Source: Penicillus capitatus (taxonomy: Eukaryota; Plantae; Chlorophyta). From it: a stretch of 64,000 nt of DNA. The stretch spans positions 1,487,197 to 1,551,196 of the forward strand of contig OZ287694.1 of NCBI GenBank assembly GCA_965649825.1, read 5' to 3'. A program made the translations under genes and the position numbers. A model generated the notes under the pieces. That model did no database searches. It saw only the letters and a program-made list of their open reading frames with translations, and had not been told where the DNA came from. Of this stretch, positions 49,694 to 62,166 are shown one piece after another (the stretch's first letter is position 1; every line of letters begins with the position of its first letter).

Positions 49694-52043
49694 ATGAATC
49701 TTGACGCCGGAGAAGACAGCGGAACGTTTCCGCTTCTACCAGAGGCGCATTCGGATGACATCATTTCGGACGAACATGAAGGTAACGCACGGTCGACACC
49801 TTTGCGGTGCAGACCCGTTGGCCAGTCGCGTTCTTTCCCTTGACACGGCACATCGAATTCTGTTCTAGTACGAGGCGGCGATACCGTGAACCTCGCAACG
49901 GGTCGAGTTGACATCGAAGTCGTCCATTGGACCAAGGAAGAAATGCAGCGGTAAGGCCAAACATAAGAACGTTACGTCCAACGATAGAGTACATCTACGA
50001 CAGATTGATTACCAAGTATGAAGAGGAGCTGATCGACATGGTGAACAGGAACGGCATTCCACTTCTCTGCGACGCCATTGCTGAGAGAAAGCATGAGTGT
50101 GCCACGATGCTGCTTAAGCATGCTCAGTGGCACAACAAGTTTGTCGATCTTGGCACCGGGTATTGTCGAACACTGGATTGGGCGTTAACGAACCGATCCG
50201 AAATGGTGGCGAAGTTTGTCCTCGACAGCGTGGCAGAGGAGAAGCTACCGTGGAAAGAGTCCTGTCGCATTCTTACGGAATATTTCTTCCCTCTGCTCAA
50301 AAAACTGCCGCACCTGGTGATGGACGACATCAAGAAGGACAAGTTCTCCTTCGAGTATGGCAGATTCTCAGTTTCCCGTTCCCTGATCGAAAAGAACAAG
50401 AATCGACCGATCGCCATGATAACAGACGAGCCGCCGGAGAGATTTCGATGGAATAACGCAGAAAAGGCGAGAGAGTTCTGGATAAAAGAATGCAAAGAGC
50501 ACTCCAATGACCTGAAGGAGGACTCGACCGAATTTCAGGTCGAAGTGGCGGCCAAGTTCTTCTGCATCAAGGACCCGGCAGTGTCGCCAGCTTATGATAA
50601 CACAAAGGAACGTCTCTGCGTGCGACTGTACAGGCAGGACTTTCCAGTGGAGGTGTTCGAATCTGAGGTGCTGCGGAACTTGGTTGACTGGTGGTTTCAT
50701 TATAATCACCACATATATCAATCCTCCATCATCCTGGACGGCGCCGGCACCATGGCCTTCACGATTTTTTCCCAGTCGTATGGATATGGATGCGAAGTCG
50801 AAGCAACACGTTGGCCGCTTTCGATAGGACTGCTGCTCTTTTCTTTCGTGACGCACAGTTTAGGCACTTTATACTATTTGTCACTTCCAAGGCACGAAAC
50901 CACGCATGGCGGCGATTTGCCAGCTAGCCTCTTGGATGGATGCATGTAGGTTCTGTATCATGTTGATCGAGTCTGTGCTGCTGGTCCTGACCTGTATGGG
51001 AGATCATTACAGCAGACACTCAGCCTTTCTGACATCCCTCGCCTGTGTCCTTCAGTGGATCTCGGTACCTCTTCAATTCACTCCTCTGATGATCCCTTAA
51101 GCGGCTTCGCTGTTCTTGTGCTCTAGATATTCCGCCTGTCGCAGCCGTTTGATCGGATGGGGCCGTTCATCTCGATGGTGAATTCGGCCATCGCAGACTC
51201 CTGGCGTTTTCTGCTGCTCATCGCTGTCATGGTCTTTGGCTACTCAATAGCATTGATGGCGCTTTTCGAAACCGGATCCATCAAAGATGACGATGGCAAC
51301 TTCGGCTCCCTTCCACGTGCAATCGAGACCCTCTTCTATTCGTGCATCGGAAACTTCGAAGTGGAAGTGCGTCCTTTTGTCCACTTCCCTGATATCTCTT
51401 AGGTGCCGCGCCTGCTGTGCTGGTGCAGATGTTCCGATCTTCGAGTAACCTTCTCGCCGTATGGGCTACTCTACTGTTCGCTTCGTTTATCTACATCGGA
51501 CCGATCGTCCTGATCAGTCTTCTGATCGCCATCCTGACGGATACATACGACAAAGTCCGATCGAAGGAGAAGGCAGAACTGACGAAATTAAGGCTCCGGA
51601 TAATGGCCAGATGCCGGCTTGAAAACCGCAGAGTATTTGCACAGCTTCCGTAAGTGCACCAAAAATGTCGATCCTACAGAGGTCGATGATAATATTCTTG
51701 ATGACGCAGGCAATCCATTCGACAGTTTCTTGTACGGTTAAGCACCTTGGTTCTGAAGCTACTGAGACGACGTTTCGTTACGGCACCAGACGGGTTCTTC
51801 CATTATCTTGTTCCTGTCGAAGGCAGTCAACTGAAATCGCATGACCAAGAATGGCAAGGCAGACTCGTGGCGATTGAACGCGCCATCAAGTCCGAAGCCC
51901 AAAAGAACATGGAAAGGCTCGAGGAGCAGCGCGCAGTCTTGGGAAAGGAGATGGCCGAAATGAACAAGAAAATGAACAGAATGGAGGCAGCTATGGATCA
52001 AATCCTTCAGAAGTTGGATAGGATCGGCCCATCTTCAAGCTGA
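49694..52043 (+). CDS. TRP-like ankyrin/6-TM cation channel E (A-clade)
   Basis: Starts MNLDAGEDSGTFPLLP; same exon structure as A, with a GC-AG intron at 50892-50949. Pore AIETLFYSCIGNFE; S6 LISLLIAILTDTYDKV. The 3' flank is homologous to 2175-2500. Confidence 0.85.
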
Positions 52044-52943
52044 ACAACAATCTGGCAGATTCGAATGTCCATTGTTGATCACACAGCCTTTCAATTCTTT
52101 GCTTGCATCGTGCTAAGGTCGATTCCTTTGCACTAGAGATTTCTGAGTAGAGTTATTCTATCTTGTTGGCGCTTTATCTACTAAAGCCTGAAGTTAGACG
52201 TGCGCGTGAAGCTGACCTTTCGTGCAGATGCGTTTGATTGCTATCGGTGATTCTTGCTGGTCCGTCCAATGCCTAAGTATGCATTTGTATGTATTCGGAA
52301 TGAAACAGATGTGTAAGTATCGGGAGCAATAGTCATCGGCGTCATGAATGACAGAGCTCTCCCGTTTCGCCCCTAAACTCAATTCTTCTGTGCCCGAAGC
52401 CGTCTTCTGTCTCTGTTCCCTCAATGCTACGCGAAGCAGTTTCTGGATGCCTCTCAAAGAGGGGTCAGGTATGGAACCATGACAGTTATTCAAGCCTGTT
52501 CTCGGTTCTGTCCAATAAGACGCGTACGGTCTTTTGCCTGTCAGGGCGTGTACGGTTGTTTATTTCGTGCACCTCTGTTAGTCCATCGCTGTTGACGGCT
52601 GGAATAAGTCGGTAGGTGTCCCCATAAGCGAAATGTTCTGGACTCGATGAGATTTCTATCTCGATCGGCAATCGGTTTCTGTGCACATACCAATGCGGCG
52701 AACGACTGTCGCCTCAAAGCAGTCGGCGAACGTGTTCTGTTGAAAGAGGGATTATTCCCATCCGCTGTACAGCGACAGGAGGTGTCGAATTGCACGTTCG
52801 AAAGTGCGACAGAGTTCACTCGTAGACGTATCTTAATGTCAATCGAGAGGACGATAGTTACATTCTCAGTTCAAAGAAATAACTGAACCTGTCACACCGT
52901 TCGAGATCCAGATGAATAGGAAAACAGTGAATGAACCAGCAAA

Positions 52944-52997
52944 ACGACAATGACAATGACAATGACAACCGAACGGACGCGACGGACAGACAGACAG
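52944..52997. repeat. Short microsatellite (GACAAT)n followed by (GACA)n
   Basis: Directly visible: acgacaatgacaatgacaatgacaac...gacggacagacagacag. Confidence 0.8.
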
Positions 52998-53155
52998 TTT
53001 CACACAACTTGCCAGAGATATAGCAAACTGACGCTATTATTAGTGAGACAGACAAGAACATTCATTCAGTGAGTTGCAGCATTTGGTGGAGAAGGATGCG
53101 GCGGCGACTGCTCATGTTTCTGCTTGCCATTTTGCGGAAAGACTTCTTCAGTTAC

Positions 53156-55700
53156 CTAAGCAGACGCATCTTCGCAGTGAAAGCGCGCTGTGTCGTCGGC
53201 AGTCGTGATCACCGTGAAGTCTGAGAAGACGGAACTTGTGGTGTGCGAGGCGTCGGAGAGGGATGTGTGACGTCCGTGAAGTTCACTGAGTTCTCGGCCG
53301 ACCGACGTCGCGGTCACCGTTTCGTCCGTACCCAGCGGACGGATGACGACAACGCTGCCGGCTGTCAGACCGCTCTGCAGCCAGACCGTCAAAACCGCGA
53401 TCAAAAGGCAACGATCTCTTACGTTTTTGACGCTTTGCTGGAAGGCGCGGATCTGCGAAAGACGATGCTCCGATTGCACGACGAAGAAAGCGCACTCCGC
53501 ACTCGCCAGTCTCTCGTCGAGTCCGCAGAGCCCCGTGAAGCAGACAGTATGAAGCTTGGTCTCGGCGTTGACCAGAACGCTGCCGAGGTATTCCACCTTC
53601 CTCTTCATGGGCATCAAGAGCACGCCGAAGAGAAGAACGGAACCGTCAGTGTGGCATCCGGGCAGGCCACTATCGTTTTCCTTAAAGAAAATGGTGATCA
53701 CTGGGTGGTCGTCTGGTGCGCTGTTGCCGCATATCTCCCCAAGACGGAGATCCAGATCGGTCACGGCGACCAGAGAAGCAGCTGTGGAGAACACCGAGTC
53801 GCGCTCGCCCGGCATCAGCCACGTCGTCGATCGAGCTGCGTCCGACCCAGAATCCCTCTCGATCTGCAGCAGACGGAATCTCACTCTTTTTCCGAAGTGT
53901 GAGGGAGACGTGCTTTCTGCTGGAGATCACTGAGAGACTTGTGTACGGGCATAATATACATTTTGCTCTTTCGAACCCTGAGCAGATCGAACGGGTTCGT
54001 CTTCTTGTGTTTGTGGATGTGTCTGTCAGTCAGGACGTCGACCGAAACCTTGGGCGCTTCGAAGGCGGGTGCTCTGCTCACGATACCCGTCGCCGTTTCC
54101 GGCAGCAGCAAACGCAGTCCGAGAGCCAGCCAGCCATCGCAGAGGAAACCTTCCCTGTCACGTTCAAAGCTCTTGCGAAACTCTTCGGTGGGAATTCGAA
54201 TGAGTGGCCCCTCTACAGCCCCGCCTGCGCACAGCAAACGCGTCGCACCTCAGACCCGACTTACACTGCGGTCGATCAGCGATTTCGCGACCCCAAGTTC
54301 GCGATGCGCCTGTCGCTGTCACGGATCGCGGACGCATTGGCGTCTATCTCACTTTCTTGAACGCTCGCTTCTGGATAGACATGGTTGAACATCGTGAGCC
54401 GATACCCCAGCTGCGGCGAAGCGAAATCCGAAGGGAGATGAAGAGAGAAAGCACGACAGGCGCCTTTCTGTTCGATAAGCCACGCGCCGCTAGAAACACT
54501 CTTTCCTCAGCGAGGCCAACAGGAGGCAGAGGCCGCGGACCATTTCTTCTTGGCAAAGGAGAAGGTGTTCGTCCAGTACTCTCCGCGTTCGAGAGACAAA
54601 CTCGGTTTGATCTTCCACTGCAAGGGATCGAAACCGAAGTGAGTGTCTCCCTGCACTGGCGGCGGCTGCTTACTGTGCAGTAAGCCGAGTATCCTTCTGC
54701 GCAGCAGGTGAATCCTTCGCGGGTCGACTCGTGCAGCAGCTGCATATGAAACACGATGAGTACAGATCCGTTCTCCAGGATGCGGAGACGGTCGCTGGGG
54801 ATCATCCCACCGTAGCAGAAGCCCGGCTGAAGACGTGACTGTTTCTCTGCACAGCATCGAATCTCTGCCATCGAGCGAGGACAGATGATGGTAGCAGGTA
54901 CTTGGAACGGTCGCTGGATCGTTGATCCACCAGGAGCACGATGGGAGAGGAGGGGTGATGGCGTCCTGAAGGCAGAAATGTGCCTCGACGCTCTGATCTG
55001 GCTTGGAAATCACACAGGCCGTCCTGCACGTCACTTCAGAACAGATATCGGGCAAAGGGCAGTCGGACCATGCGTAGTGCAGGAGCGAAATTCCATCGAT
55101 TCGCATCTCCTGTTCTGGATGACGGGTGAATTTTCTGGGAACCTCCAGCTGTCGAAACGCCAACCCGTCAGTCGTGCTGGCAGATTCGCCTGGAGTTACC
55201 AGGACAAGACCCTTCTGCGAGCCGTATTCTTGCACTCTGAACTCGTAGTCAGCGCCGTTCCAGCACCCGCGTCCTTCGGACCTTGGGGGAGAGGGCATGC
55301 TGCACAGCACGGTCGTCGACGCCTCCCGTGAGCAACTCGCAAGCATTTGAATTGTTAACAGGCGGGAGGGTAGCGAAGAATTCGCAGTCAGTGTTCGAAA
55401 CAACAAGAGCAATCCGAATCGTTTTGGGCAGAACCAAAAAGCGTGGGCGTTAATAAGCTTTGCGAAATCGCCGTACTGTAGTACCGATTCGACTTGTGTT
55501 GGAGATTCTCCGTAGCTGCGTGGAAGAAAGGATGCAAGCACGTTGCGTTCGGCGGCATCCGTGCAGTCGACAGGCAGCTCTTCGTGAACCTGGTAAGGAC
55601 GCCGGCACACTAGACCGTTTGCTGCGTTGGATCCGCCGTCGTGTCTCGAACGTCGTTGTCACTACATACGGTATCGCCGACAAATGCCTCTGCAGTGAAA
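53156..55700 (-). CDS. Tandem MATH/TRAF-domain protein with USP7/UBP12-type UBL1-UBL2 domains and no peptidase domain (5' end uncertain)
   Basis: The spliced product contains MATH1 (...GFCYGGMIPSDRLRILENGSVLIVFHMQLL) and MATH2 (AYCT|WKIKPSLSL...GYRLTMFNHVYPE...SRTWG...GFLCDGWLALGLRL). UBL-like segments follow: KVSVDVLTDRHIHKHKKTNPFDL...LSDLQQK|IERDSG...WLM and SVLLFGVLLMPMKRKVEYLGSVLV. Confidence 0.7.
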
Positions 55701-58580
55701 GGATTGAGCTTGAGATGTCTGAACGCAGTTTTGCGTTGACTTTTGAACGCAAGGATGCATGCCAGGTGCAGAGAACGCCTAGTTCTGCCGGCTCAGCTGG
55801 AGCCGAATGTCCGAAATGATCATCAGCGTTATGCCGATGACTGTCGCCTTTGTGACGCACTTCGTCATCGGTCAGCGACTGCGGAATCCATCTCATACTC
55901 CACGTTTTTTCGCTCGCCCATCTTTGACCTCGAGTTCCTCGTGTCTGAACGTGGCATCATATCTCTGGTGTATGGACAGACAGACGTTCCTGATGGAACA
56001 GATACGACAGGACCTGTGACGCGCGATTTGATTGTTGGATGCCATCTGTTTTGGTGATGAATACGCATCGGCCGACCTTTCTCGATGTGACTGTTAGATG
56101 CGGCACGATGCGATCGGGATTGCTTCCTGTAGCTTACGACAGTGTGTCGCGCAGCTGGCCGTATTGCTTGTCAAAGCTCTCTCTAACGTCTGATATGGCT
56201 TACACATTGTGTATAGGCGTAAGGAGGACCGACTACCCACCGATTTGCCTTTTCCTGATCGTTTGCCATCTTCTATGACGGTGTAACGGACACTGAGCTG
56301 ACGCCTTTGTGTTCGAGAAACAACTTGGATTGAGTGCTGTCAAAGATCCAGCAGCCTGCATACGTAGATCTAAGGTCCTTTATAGAACGCAGAAATGCAC
56401 GAAACGAAGAAAGTGATCATTCAAGTACTTCAAGAAGGAGTCCCGCCGTTTGGAAGAAAGAGCTGTCGAACAGATGCCTATCATTCATTTCACTGATGGA
56501 CAGTTTCGTGTGAAGAACAAGGACTGAAGGATTATCTGAGAAACCCTTGAGGTCCGTTAGCTTAAGAAAAAGAGAGAACAGGGTGTAGACGCGTAACCAT
56601 CAAATAGGTTTACAAGGGAATCATCCGTGAGAAACTCAGGTAGCCTCCCAGACGTTGGTTGACCCTTAGACGTCATCCAATTGCCCATCTGCTAGTTCTG
56701 TTGGTTACTTCTTTTGGTGCGTCTATGATGCATAAGACGCAGGGATCAGATTAGAGTAAAGGCCAAGGGCGACAGGATGCTCACAAGAGAGACTACACGA
56801 TTGCAGACGAAACCGTCGAGGCAAGATGCGTTTTTAATGAATCCACTGAACAACGGGCAGCGTGCTGTATTCCTTTGCCTCGCTCTTGAACGTTCTCCGT
56901 CGTCCGGAGAGAGCATCCGAATCTTTCGAGGCAATCTGTTCAGACAGCCGAGGTTCCATCCATCACTTCGCCTGATGTGATGGCGACGGATCGAAAGACA
57001 GAGCTCCCACTAGACAGTCTACAGCGCCCCAGCTAACCGTTCGCTGTTTGCGTGGCCAGTCATGCCGCTGAATATCCTCTCCGACTGGCCCATTTGCGCC
57101 ATGACGGGAAACGTTCTGCGTTCTTTGAGCGTTTGACCAATATGACCAGTCGTATCTTCCCATTCATATTCGCAGCCACAAGGCAGGCCGTCCGCCAACA
57201 AGCCGTCCCGTGAGCCATTCATTCGCGCGATATGCCGCCAACGCTGTCAGCGTTTTAGACGAAGCAAAAAATTCAGCCGACTCTACATCGACGGAAGCTT
57301 CAGGTGCTCTCGTTGCGTGCGAAACGCGTTCACTGTGGAACCAGGCATCAGAGCAAGGACTATGGGGCAGGGGCCGTACTCTACTCCCCGGACGGCCGTC
57401 TGATGGGGTTAGTACCTCTGATAGCTGCACGGTTAGACGACATCCTTCTGTCGTAGGTGCGGCAGCGGAAGCGGCAAAGATATCTCGTCGTCCTTGGGAG
57501 CAGAGTTCGCCGCCTTGAATCTCGGTCTGCTCATGGCATCCTGCTTTGGCGTCGACAAACTGCTCGTGCTGGGCGACGCGCTGATAGTGATTCAGCACTT
57601 AAACGTCGGCATCTAAACGTATGAATGACGCCATTGCGAGTGAATGATCCTGTTACAGGGAAAGACCAAGCTCCGCAGCGAAGACATCGTCCAGCACCAC
57701 AGCACAGTGAGCCAGTGATTCTTGGTGCTCATCTGTCGCTATCTTGTGCAAAAACAGGCAAAGCGTCTGGTGGCACTGTTTTCCAAGATTGAATTCTGTC
57801 ACATAAGCAGGAAACTAAACGGTGCGTCGTGCAACGACGACAGACACTGACTGCGGTTCTGCAGATGAGGCACACAAGCTAGCGAGGAAGGCGTTAGACT
57901 CCGGGACGAAAGAGCCTCACTGGGAGTGGCACAGAAAGGCACGTTTCCACTAAAGAGAGGCAGCTCCTGACTGGGTCTTTGCCTTGTGACAGGACGCCAG
58001 CCCGAAGAAGGGCAAGTCCAAGTGATTCTGCATCGTGTCGTTGGTCTATGTATGTACACTGTATGCTACTGTAACAAATAGATCATTAAGAAGACTGCCG
58101 AATCTGCCCAGGCTAGATCGGTCACTCGTAGCTGTGCAGTGTCTCGAGACAGAAAGCCGCCGGAGACGCGTATCTTGCGGATGTCGATGCGAGGTCTCTG
58201 CCGAATCAGAGTGAGACTGCGCCGCCGAACGCGAGACGTTGTCTGCAACGTTCGTCACTCGTCCCATTGAGCGACCGGTGGCACTGCCATCGGCTTTCTT
58301 AAGTTTATCTGCGCTAACAGATCCAGAACGGCCTCGAGCGACGGGAAGGTGCCGTCTTCCTTGCGCATCTTGATGCCGTGTGCTCTGTCGCCGACCTGGC
58401 ATTCACTTGCGGTATCGTTGTGCAGATGACGTTTCGTACGTCGCAGCTGATTGTCGATCGAAATCATCATTTGTCGAGCGACCCGTGGACGATAGAGTGT
58501 TTTAGACGTGAAAACTCTTCTACGTTCGAGCACGGCGATTTCAATCACTACCCTAAGATATCAAGCAGGCAAAGTGCGGG

Positions 58581-61165
58581 ATGGAGGAGGACGGCTCTGG
58601 CAGACCTCTCCTCTCGACCCGCCGCGAAGATTCGGCCCAAATACGCGAAACGACTTCGGCGGCGCACGGAAAGCAGACGACAGGTTACTCCCAATAACAA
58701 CCCGTGGCGGCGCTCTCTTCCAGAGAGAATCGTCACCGGTCTGTTTCGTAATCTAGATCCGGGACCCCAACCTTCTGCATCCTCGTCTGAGGCGTTGAAG
58801 ATCAACGTGTCCGAATGGACGGTCGACGGAACGCGTCGGTGAGTGCGCTTCGCATCCGCGAACCTCTGGAGCGAGTCCCTGTATTGATTCGCCAGGTTGG
58901 TCTCCGAGTACGGAAAGGGCATCTTGGCGGCTATCAGCGACACGGGTATCCCTCTAGTCTGCGACGCTGTCCTGAAGAAGCGCTTCGACTGCGCCGACGT
59001 GCTGTTCGACTATGCGGCAGAATGGAGAATCCCCGTCAGGCTCTCTGCTGGGAAATGCCAGGTGCTAGAGATGGCCATCGAGGAAGGAGAGCAAGAGTGC
59101 GCGCAGTACGTTCTCGACAGACTGGCGGCGCGGTGCTCGTCGGTCGAAGAGACGTGCCACGTGCTGACAAACTACCTGCTACCGCTGGTCGACAGATTCC
59201 CGAGTCTCGTGGGGGACTACCTCGCGGAAGACAGGTTCGCCTTCGAATACGGCCGCTTCTCGGTGCCGCGCTCGCTCTTCGGCGGCCAGGAGAAGCGTCC
59301 AGTCGTCATGACAACAGACGAACTGTTGGGCGGCATGGACGCCATGGACGGCGAGGAAGCGAAGGACTTCTGGATCAGAAACGCAAAGGGTGACTTCCAC
59401 AGCAGAGCCGATTCGGGAGGCCGTCAGATCACGGCCGTCGCGCGGTGGCTGTGCGTCGACCGCACGCTCGTCCGGCGCAGCCTCGCCGACGGCGTCGTCG
59501 ACGTCCGATCCAAGACGCAGTTCTCCTCGGAGAACCTTCTTCACCATCTCAGTAAGTCCAACGTGCCGACATCGACCTTCTCCTCTCAGGCGCTAAAGCT
59601 CCTTTCGGACTGGTACCTCCGATCTCTGCACGGTCGGTTCTCCTCTGTCGTGTGGATCGGACTCGTCCACGCGGTCGTCTTCTCATTCTACGCCGTGACC
59701 TACGGCCGCGAGGACGATGACGATTCTGTGGCATCCAAGCGAGGAATCTCGATCGCTCTGATCGTGCTCTCGTGTCTCCTGCAGTTCGGAACCCTGATCG
59801 CTGCCAGTCTCACTCCACTCAGGTCAGACATCCTGCGAATATCCGTCAGACGTACGGGGGGCTTTTCAGGGTCTTGAATCTCGTCATCTCTCTTATCCTG
59901 GCCGTGCATACCCTCGTCGAAGACAGGCACTACGCCTACTCCGCCTTTCTGGCGTCTATCCAATGCATCGCGCTGTGGATCTCGGTGAGGACAGGCCTCT
60001 CGCAGTCGCCGCCTGCCGCTGACGACTCTTTTTTGGCCATCTGCAGGTCGCAAGGTCGCTCCAGCCGTACGGTCACCTGGCGACGGCGGTCTCAATGGCG
60101 CGCCACTCAGCGGTCGACGCGACGCCTCTGCTGCTCTTGGTCGTCCTATTTATGATCGGCGTCGCCAGCGCACTGGTCGTCGAGTTTGACGACAAGTTTT
60201 TCGAGAACGACGGAGCCAGCTTCGACACTGTTCTGCACTCCTGCGAGACGCTCTTCCACGCCATCCTCGGCAACTTTGACGAAGAGGTGCTCCTGTCCTG
60301 AAGAGACGTGGCCGCAGCGGCGCGAACCTCCTCTCCTTGTGTGTTTCAGGTGTTCCGAACCTACGACGATTTCTTTGACCTCTGGCGTTCGTTTCTGTTC
60401 CATGCTTTCTTGGTCGCCGCCATCGGGATTGTTATACTGCTCATCTCGGTTCTGCGGGACACGCACGATCGGATCAAGCTGCAGGGGCGTGCAGAGACGA
60501 CAAGGTGTCAAGCGCAGGCAGCCGGAGACATCCTGTTCTCCAGGCACACGTCGTAAGTCCATCCGTCCTCTTTCGAGGCGCTGGCGATGTTGCACGTCAG
60601 GGAGGATGCGGACGATAACGGACTTCTGTGCCCTCCTCTGCCACGACGCCACCTGCTTAAGTGGTTTCTTGGAGGGAGACTTCCGAAGAAGTATCTCGGG
60701 AAGTACGTCCACTACTTGATTCCTGAAGGACAGGGAGGTGGTGCGAGAGGGAGAATACTGGGCAGTACGGACGAGACTCAACGAAACATCAGAGATGACG
60801 CCATCCAGAACCCACAGCCTATTCCTGGCAGCAGCAACGTCTTCCTGTCCGACGCTGCATCGAGGGCGAGAACAGGCGCACACGTCGGCAGAGCGAGCCA
60901 GACGGGCGAAGGCAGAGCATCAATAGAGCAGGCAGCGAGGCAAACTCAGCGAACAGAAGACGCCGCACAGTCGCAGACGCAAATCACCCAAGTGATCGAC
61001 CGTCTCGGTGCCATGGATGCGCAGATCGGTCGTCGGATGTCTCTACTGGAAGAACGGACAGAGAGGATGGAAGAGCGCGTGGGCAGAATCGAGGATGCAG
61101 TAGGTCACGTGCTGCAAAAGCTCGACGCGTTTGCTCCCGCTGCAAGCACTGCTCCGAGATGGTGA
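58581..61165 (+). CDS. TRP-like ankyrin/6-TM cation channel F
   Basis: Starts MEEDGSGRPLLST; exon 2 KINVSEWT. Ankyrin TGIPLVCDAVLKKRFDCADVLFDYA; pore SCETLFHAILGNFD; S6 IVILLISVLRDTHDRI; long coiled-coil tail. Confidence 0.82.
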
Positions 61166-62166
61166 TGTGACGCGAAGCGACGCGATCGATGAGCGCACTC
61201 TATCCATTACGTTTTCGATGTCTCCGTTTATCATTACAATCTGCTTATTAATGTCGGCTGTCTTTTCTCCCTGTATCACCGTGGCAAGCTTAGCATTAGA
61301 GCAGTTCCATTTAGGCGTTGTTTCATCGACTGTTTGTCTGTCGTAGCATCCCGCAGATAGAATCCATTGCCAGTTTCCTTGCAGCGTCTACGATTCGGAT
61401 GACAGTGTCGCTGTGAATCGGTTGGGTGTAACGTCGAACAGTCTCATTAACATCTGAGGACGAGGCGGTAAATGGGTGGGTACCAGCAGCAATCTTCTCT
61501 TCTAGGCAGAGGTTCGGCTGATGTGGACAGCATGATGTGACCACTCTGTCTGGCCCTTTTGTCCGGTGAGCTTCCCACGGCGTCCCATTCCACTGCATGC
61601 ACATCGTCAGTATCCATGCAGGACAACACCGAGTCGTTTCGGTAGCGTCAAGCCATCGCCTGCTAGCCAGGTCTAGTCGATCAGGACCCGGACATCTCTC
61701 CGAGTGGCCGACGCTAAGGTATAGAGACCGTCGTCTCGAACACTGATCTCTTGAGCACCTAAGGAGACCTAACTGACTCTCCGGTCCACAAAACGAAGAG
61801 TTGTTGCCTGAGGACTACCGACTCAGGACAGCCATTAAGCGATTCCGTGCGAGGTAAAGCAGGGCGACGTGCGCAAGGCTGTTCGTTGGACGAGCGAACG
61901 AACAATACGTAAACGTCGACGATGACACGTCGTCAGCGCCATCTCATTGTCTGTCACTGAGAACTGACCATCTCATTTCCATATCACTGGCAACTCCACT
62001 TTGACAGCGCATGCCGTTTCCGGGTCATTTCCATCTAATAGCAATCGACGTCATTTCTGCCGCTCGAATTGGTATTTATATGAGCGCGCGCAGTCGCCAT
62101 CTATGTCAGAACTAATCGCTTCACCTTCTCAGTAAAACGCCGTTCGCAGGAAACGGTGCAGCGATC

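Noticed and set aside
53881-53891. Apparent homopolymer frameshift in the MATH-UBL gene
   Set aside because: A 50-nt GC-AG intron (53913-53864) restores the frame and gives better spacing against USP7 UBL1.
53243-53902. Plus-strand ORFs of 219 aa (and 214 aa at 53716-54360)
   Set aside because: They are antisense shadows of the minus-strand MATH-UBL gene and have no motifs of their own.
56300-58500. Scattered ORFs of 60-145 aa
   Set aside because: No motif, paralogy or consistent splice model supports a gene call.
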